A model generated the notes under the pieces. The model was given only the letters and a program-made list of their open reading frames with translations. It did no database searches and was not told the origin of the DNA. From Chlorokybus atmophyticus (Eukaryota > Plantae > Mesostigma and Chlorokybus algae), in NCBI GenBank assembly GCA_009103225.1, contig RHPI01003369.1, forward strand, positions 1,826,017-1,890,016: a stretch of 64,000 nt of DNA, written 5' to 3'. This document shows, piece by piece, positions 60,625-64,000 of the stretch. Positions within the stretch are counted from its first letter, which is position 1. Each line of letters starts with the position of its first letter. A program made the position numbers and the translations under genes.

Positions 60625-61474
60625 CTCATGCACCATACAGTCACAGCAGAAGCATGTGCATATCCACTTCAAGTAATGTACCTCCAGGATACGCCCACCA
60701 TGGCAGCTGCTTGCCAGCATACAAGAGAGAAATTGCCTCTCTTTCAAACGTAGGCAAATGCCAAGGTTGCCATCCTCGCTTCTCACTGGGTGACACTGAC
60801 ATTGTACGTCCGCATTGATTGTTTTGGCTTGCTTACGGACTTGATGGTGGCAACGCCAACAACTACAGCATTGATGGCAATGTCGAACACCTGATCCTCA
60901 AAAAATCCGTCCCCACCCTTGATAGGAAATTCAGAGTTAGCAGGCAGCATGTGTGAAGCTTGTATGCAGCCATGGAGGCAACAGCTAAGCAAACTAGTGA
61001 GGACCGTAGAACTTGATAGAAAGCCGACATCACAATAGTCACCTCTCTTTCAGCCAAGTTGCCTGGTACTCAGCGTCTATAAGAGGCTTAGCAGTTAAAG
61101 GCGCAAGTATGACCATCTGCTGGTTGGCCCTCAAGTCCCTGCCAATCGAAGACTCATGCCCCAACCAGCAGCAGTTTTAGTAGCGCGGCTGCCTTGTGTA
61201 GCTTCCATGTCGCTCGAGCGCCTTTCCTTCTTGGCAGCATTGCGTTCTTCCGTGCTCTGCCCGCCACCACTGCAATGCATCGATGGCAATGTTCTCTTGT
61301 GTACAGATGCTCTCAAGCAAGGCATCGTTCGTGACGTGATAAATGTTGCCTCGCCCTATTACTATGCCTTGTTCTTTGATGCGCCTGGAGTGTGCCAAGG
61401 TGAGGTATGCTTCTACAAGCGCCTAAATCTCCTCTGCGTGCTTGATTGTGGCGACCTCATACCAGATGGACCCG

Positions 61475-63936
61475 TTAAATTCTGTTTTGCAGTGTTTGTA
61501 GACAGTATATTGCCAACTCTGTGGCAGAGCAGCAGGCCTGAACGCTGATCTTTACGCATGACGCCATATAGTCGCACACAAACCATCTCCTGACATACCG
61601 AGTCATGAATCTGATCTTGTTTTCCTTGCAGTTGGACTGGGTGTTGACATACAGCTTCACAGCGCGCTAAAAGGTGTAGCACTAGAACACATCATGGCTG
61701 CCATGTTGTTGGATGTTGTAAAATAGGGGGCAAATTTCCGCAATGTGCTTCAGAATCTGTTTGTTGGTGCCAAAGCAGATCTCACTGTTCACCTTCTTAT
61801 ACCCGAGCAATGCATCCGCGAGCTCCAACCCAAGCGAGCTAAAGAACAAGAGGAAGATCATATGGAGATATATGACGAGATCTTTCCTTTTCCGGAGCAG
61901 CTTGTGAAAAATATAGAGCACAACAAATTGTACGAAGATATGGTGCTCCTGCACCTTCCACCATCTAAGACATCTGCTAAGGCCGTGTGGCTAGCGATTA
62001 CCATTTTTCACCTCTCTTGCTCTTGCATTTCTTGTTACGGTAAGCGCACTGTCGATGTCAACCTTGCTGATCTGCGTCCCCTCCATCCAATAGAGTGCAG
62101 CCTTTCAAGCTCTTGGCCAATTCACCTCTCTTGCTCTGGCATTTCTTATTACAGTAAGTCGACTGTCGATGTCAGCCTTGCTGACCTGCGTCCCCACCAT
62201 CCATTAGAGTGCAGCCTGTCAAGCACTTGGCCAGTCTTTCGGCTAGCGTGTGCATGGTATCCAAGACCATGTCCAAGCTTGGGTCAAACTTATAAATAAA
62301 CCCGCTAAAGCCTCTACAAAGGCGACAGCTCATTGACGCCATACTTGTTGGCCTTTTCTTTCTTGTAATTGAGATCTTTTGTGCTTTCAACTTCATCGGC
62401 CATTTGGTATGTGGCCTTTGCAGTTCTTTTCGCAAATGGATGGCGACTGTGGTAGCGGCTGCTAGCATAGTGAAAATCCATTCTGTTGCTTGGGGCTTCT
62501 TCAACAACAGTGTTGCTAGTGCTCGGATCTTAAGTGACACTTTTGGTGACAATAGAGTACCGCATATGAGTTGCTAGCAAGCAACAAGCCCTGCAACCGC
62601 ATAAGCCGCCGTTTTTGAATTGCCCCATCTCACATTGGGTGGGATTGTCGCCGGCAATGTTCATGACCATAGCTCTTAGGAAAATTTTATCATCGGCAGC
62701 CCATGGAGGCATCAGGATTCACTGCTTCGTATGCAGGAGCGCACAAGTGCAACTACGCGCGGGACACAACCACAGCTGTTTATGTGGACTGTCGAGCACA
62801 TCAGACATGAACAACCGCACAAACCGCATGTGTAAGCCAATAAAGCTGCACAAGGCACAGCGAGCATGTGCGATTAAGAAGTAAACGATGATAGCTTACA
62901 ACCCTATCACCGCAAGGCATGCACCTGACGGTCGCTGTTGATAGTCGCATGAACAGCCTTGGCAAGCGAAATCATACAAGCACAGCAATGGATGAATGCA
63001 TAAACTCGACAGTCGCTGTTAACAGTGCAAGGACTTCTGAACTTAACACGGCAATGCAATCCATATAAGAATAGCTTCGTTCGCGTGGCATTATAAAACG
63101 GATGCATGCGAGCGTACCAGCCAATCGATCCGGGAGCTTGATATCGAACCGATTGAAGTCCAAACCATAGTTCGTGGGGAAGCCCATGGCGTACAAATCC
63201 TCCAACTCATCCACTATGAGCTTCATGAACGGGTTCAGATTGTCCTTGTCTGCGTTAAGTAGTTCGTCAGCTGAAACACATACTACTGGCATGATAGAAG
63301 ACGCCTATGAGCTGACGCGCTTGCCTCCATTAAACACACAATGACATTGATGATAAGGCTGCTCCGTTTTATAGTGGATGCGTAGCTGAAACCATCGTTG
63401 TGCAGCATGAGCCCAATGTTGCGCGGGTCTCTAGTACACTGTTGCGCAACCTCTTCATTTTCATACGAGCACTCGCAATCCATTTCTGAAAACCATCCAA
63501 GTGCTGCAACATGTCAATGTCATAATTGTAGCGTCCATATTCGCATTTGCTTGACGGTGGGATGGTATTCGTGCAGTCCCAAAAAGCAGTCAGTTTCTCT
63601 CCACTTGCTGCCATGCCAAGCTTCCCATTAAGGAGCTGGGGGATGGTTTGCTGGCATGTTGAACCATGTGTCTTTGCCTCGCCAAGCAAGATTATCATAT
63701 GCGATCGAAGTCCCTTCCAGCCACGGACCGAGTCTTGGACCAATGGGCGTGTACAAAAAATCAATACACTCCTTGCGCATGCGCCCGCATTCGCCTCCGC
63801 ACGGCTGTTCCAACAAGTGTTTCAAGATCTTGTGGTGACTGTCGTCTTGGCAGCTGTCCTCACAGTCACCGTAGCCTTATGGAAATGCATGTGGAAAGAG
63901 ATAATTGGATCGCGTGCATGCTATACATCTCTGTGA
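61475..63936 (-). pseudogene. CACTA/EnSpm-superfamily transposase relic (Transposase_21/Plavaka-like)
   Basis: Ordered fragments: RDPRNIGLMLHNDGF; NLNPFMKLIVDELEDLYAMG; AGDNPTQ..GGLCGCRAC; FDPSLDMVLDTMHTL; WWKVQEHHIF; HGSHDVF*CYTF*R, where the family usually has FWxxxFER. Stops at 61682-61684 and 61667-61669, plus several frameshifts. Confidence 0.85.
62007..62234. repeat. 114-bp tandem duplication inside the transposase relic
   Basis: TTCACCTCTCTTGCTCT begins at 62007 and 62121; the copies have diverged at several positions. Confidence 0.92.
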
Positions 63937-64000
63937 CTCTGGCATTGCAATGACAGTCAGCAATGCATCAACAGCCGTGCTGTTAGCCGGCTGGGAGGGG

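Larger units (their letters stand above)
51952..64000 (-). mobile_element. Putative decayed CACTA/EnSpm DNA transposon, one end in the window, interrupted by the gypsy element
   Basis: CACTGGTAGAAA terminus at 51952 preceded by TTT, short GGTCGC/GCGACC/GTGAC-type repeats at 52.08-52.38 kb, and transposase relics at 61.5-63.9 kb. That these all belong to one element is inferred. Confidence 0.55.

Overview
Eukaryotic nuclear DNA from a green-lineage organism. My inference is an early-diverging streptophyte alga: HISN4 carries a plastid-type presequence, ARID-HMG, VPS9a, bL25 and MS1/MMD1 are plant-type, and a cytosolic carboxypeptidase of the kind kept by flagellated lineages is present. Compact, intron-rich gene islands alternate with AT/TA-rich transposon relics. 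Nine spliced genes were traced exon by exon with consistent phases: cytosolic carboxypeptidase (partial), ARID-HMG, HISN4 (HisHF), a small Cnl2/Nkp2-like kinetochore protein, acyl-CoA oxidase with PTS1, organellar bL25, VPS9, MS1/MMD1-like PHD finger, and a heparan-sulfate-sulfotransferase-like enzyme. The right third holds a young full-length Ty3/gypsy chromovirus (672-bp LTRs, CTCAT TSD) apparently nested in a decayed CACTA/EnSpm element. A truncated older copy at 39-41 kb carries a nested solo LTR of a second family. Best leads: the Cnl2/Nkp2-like gene, covarying RNA hairpins in the second LTR family, a CpA-to-TpA mutation bias in repeats, ATGs only 60 bp apart in a head-to-head pair, and the sulfotransferase and MS1-like genes in an alga. 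All family calls are from motif recognition by eye; no database search was run.
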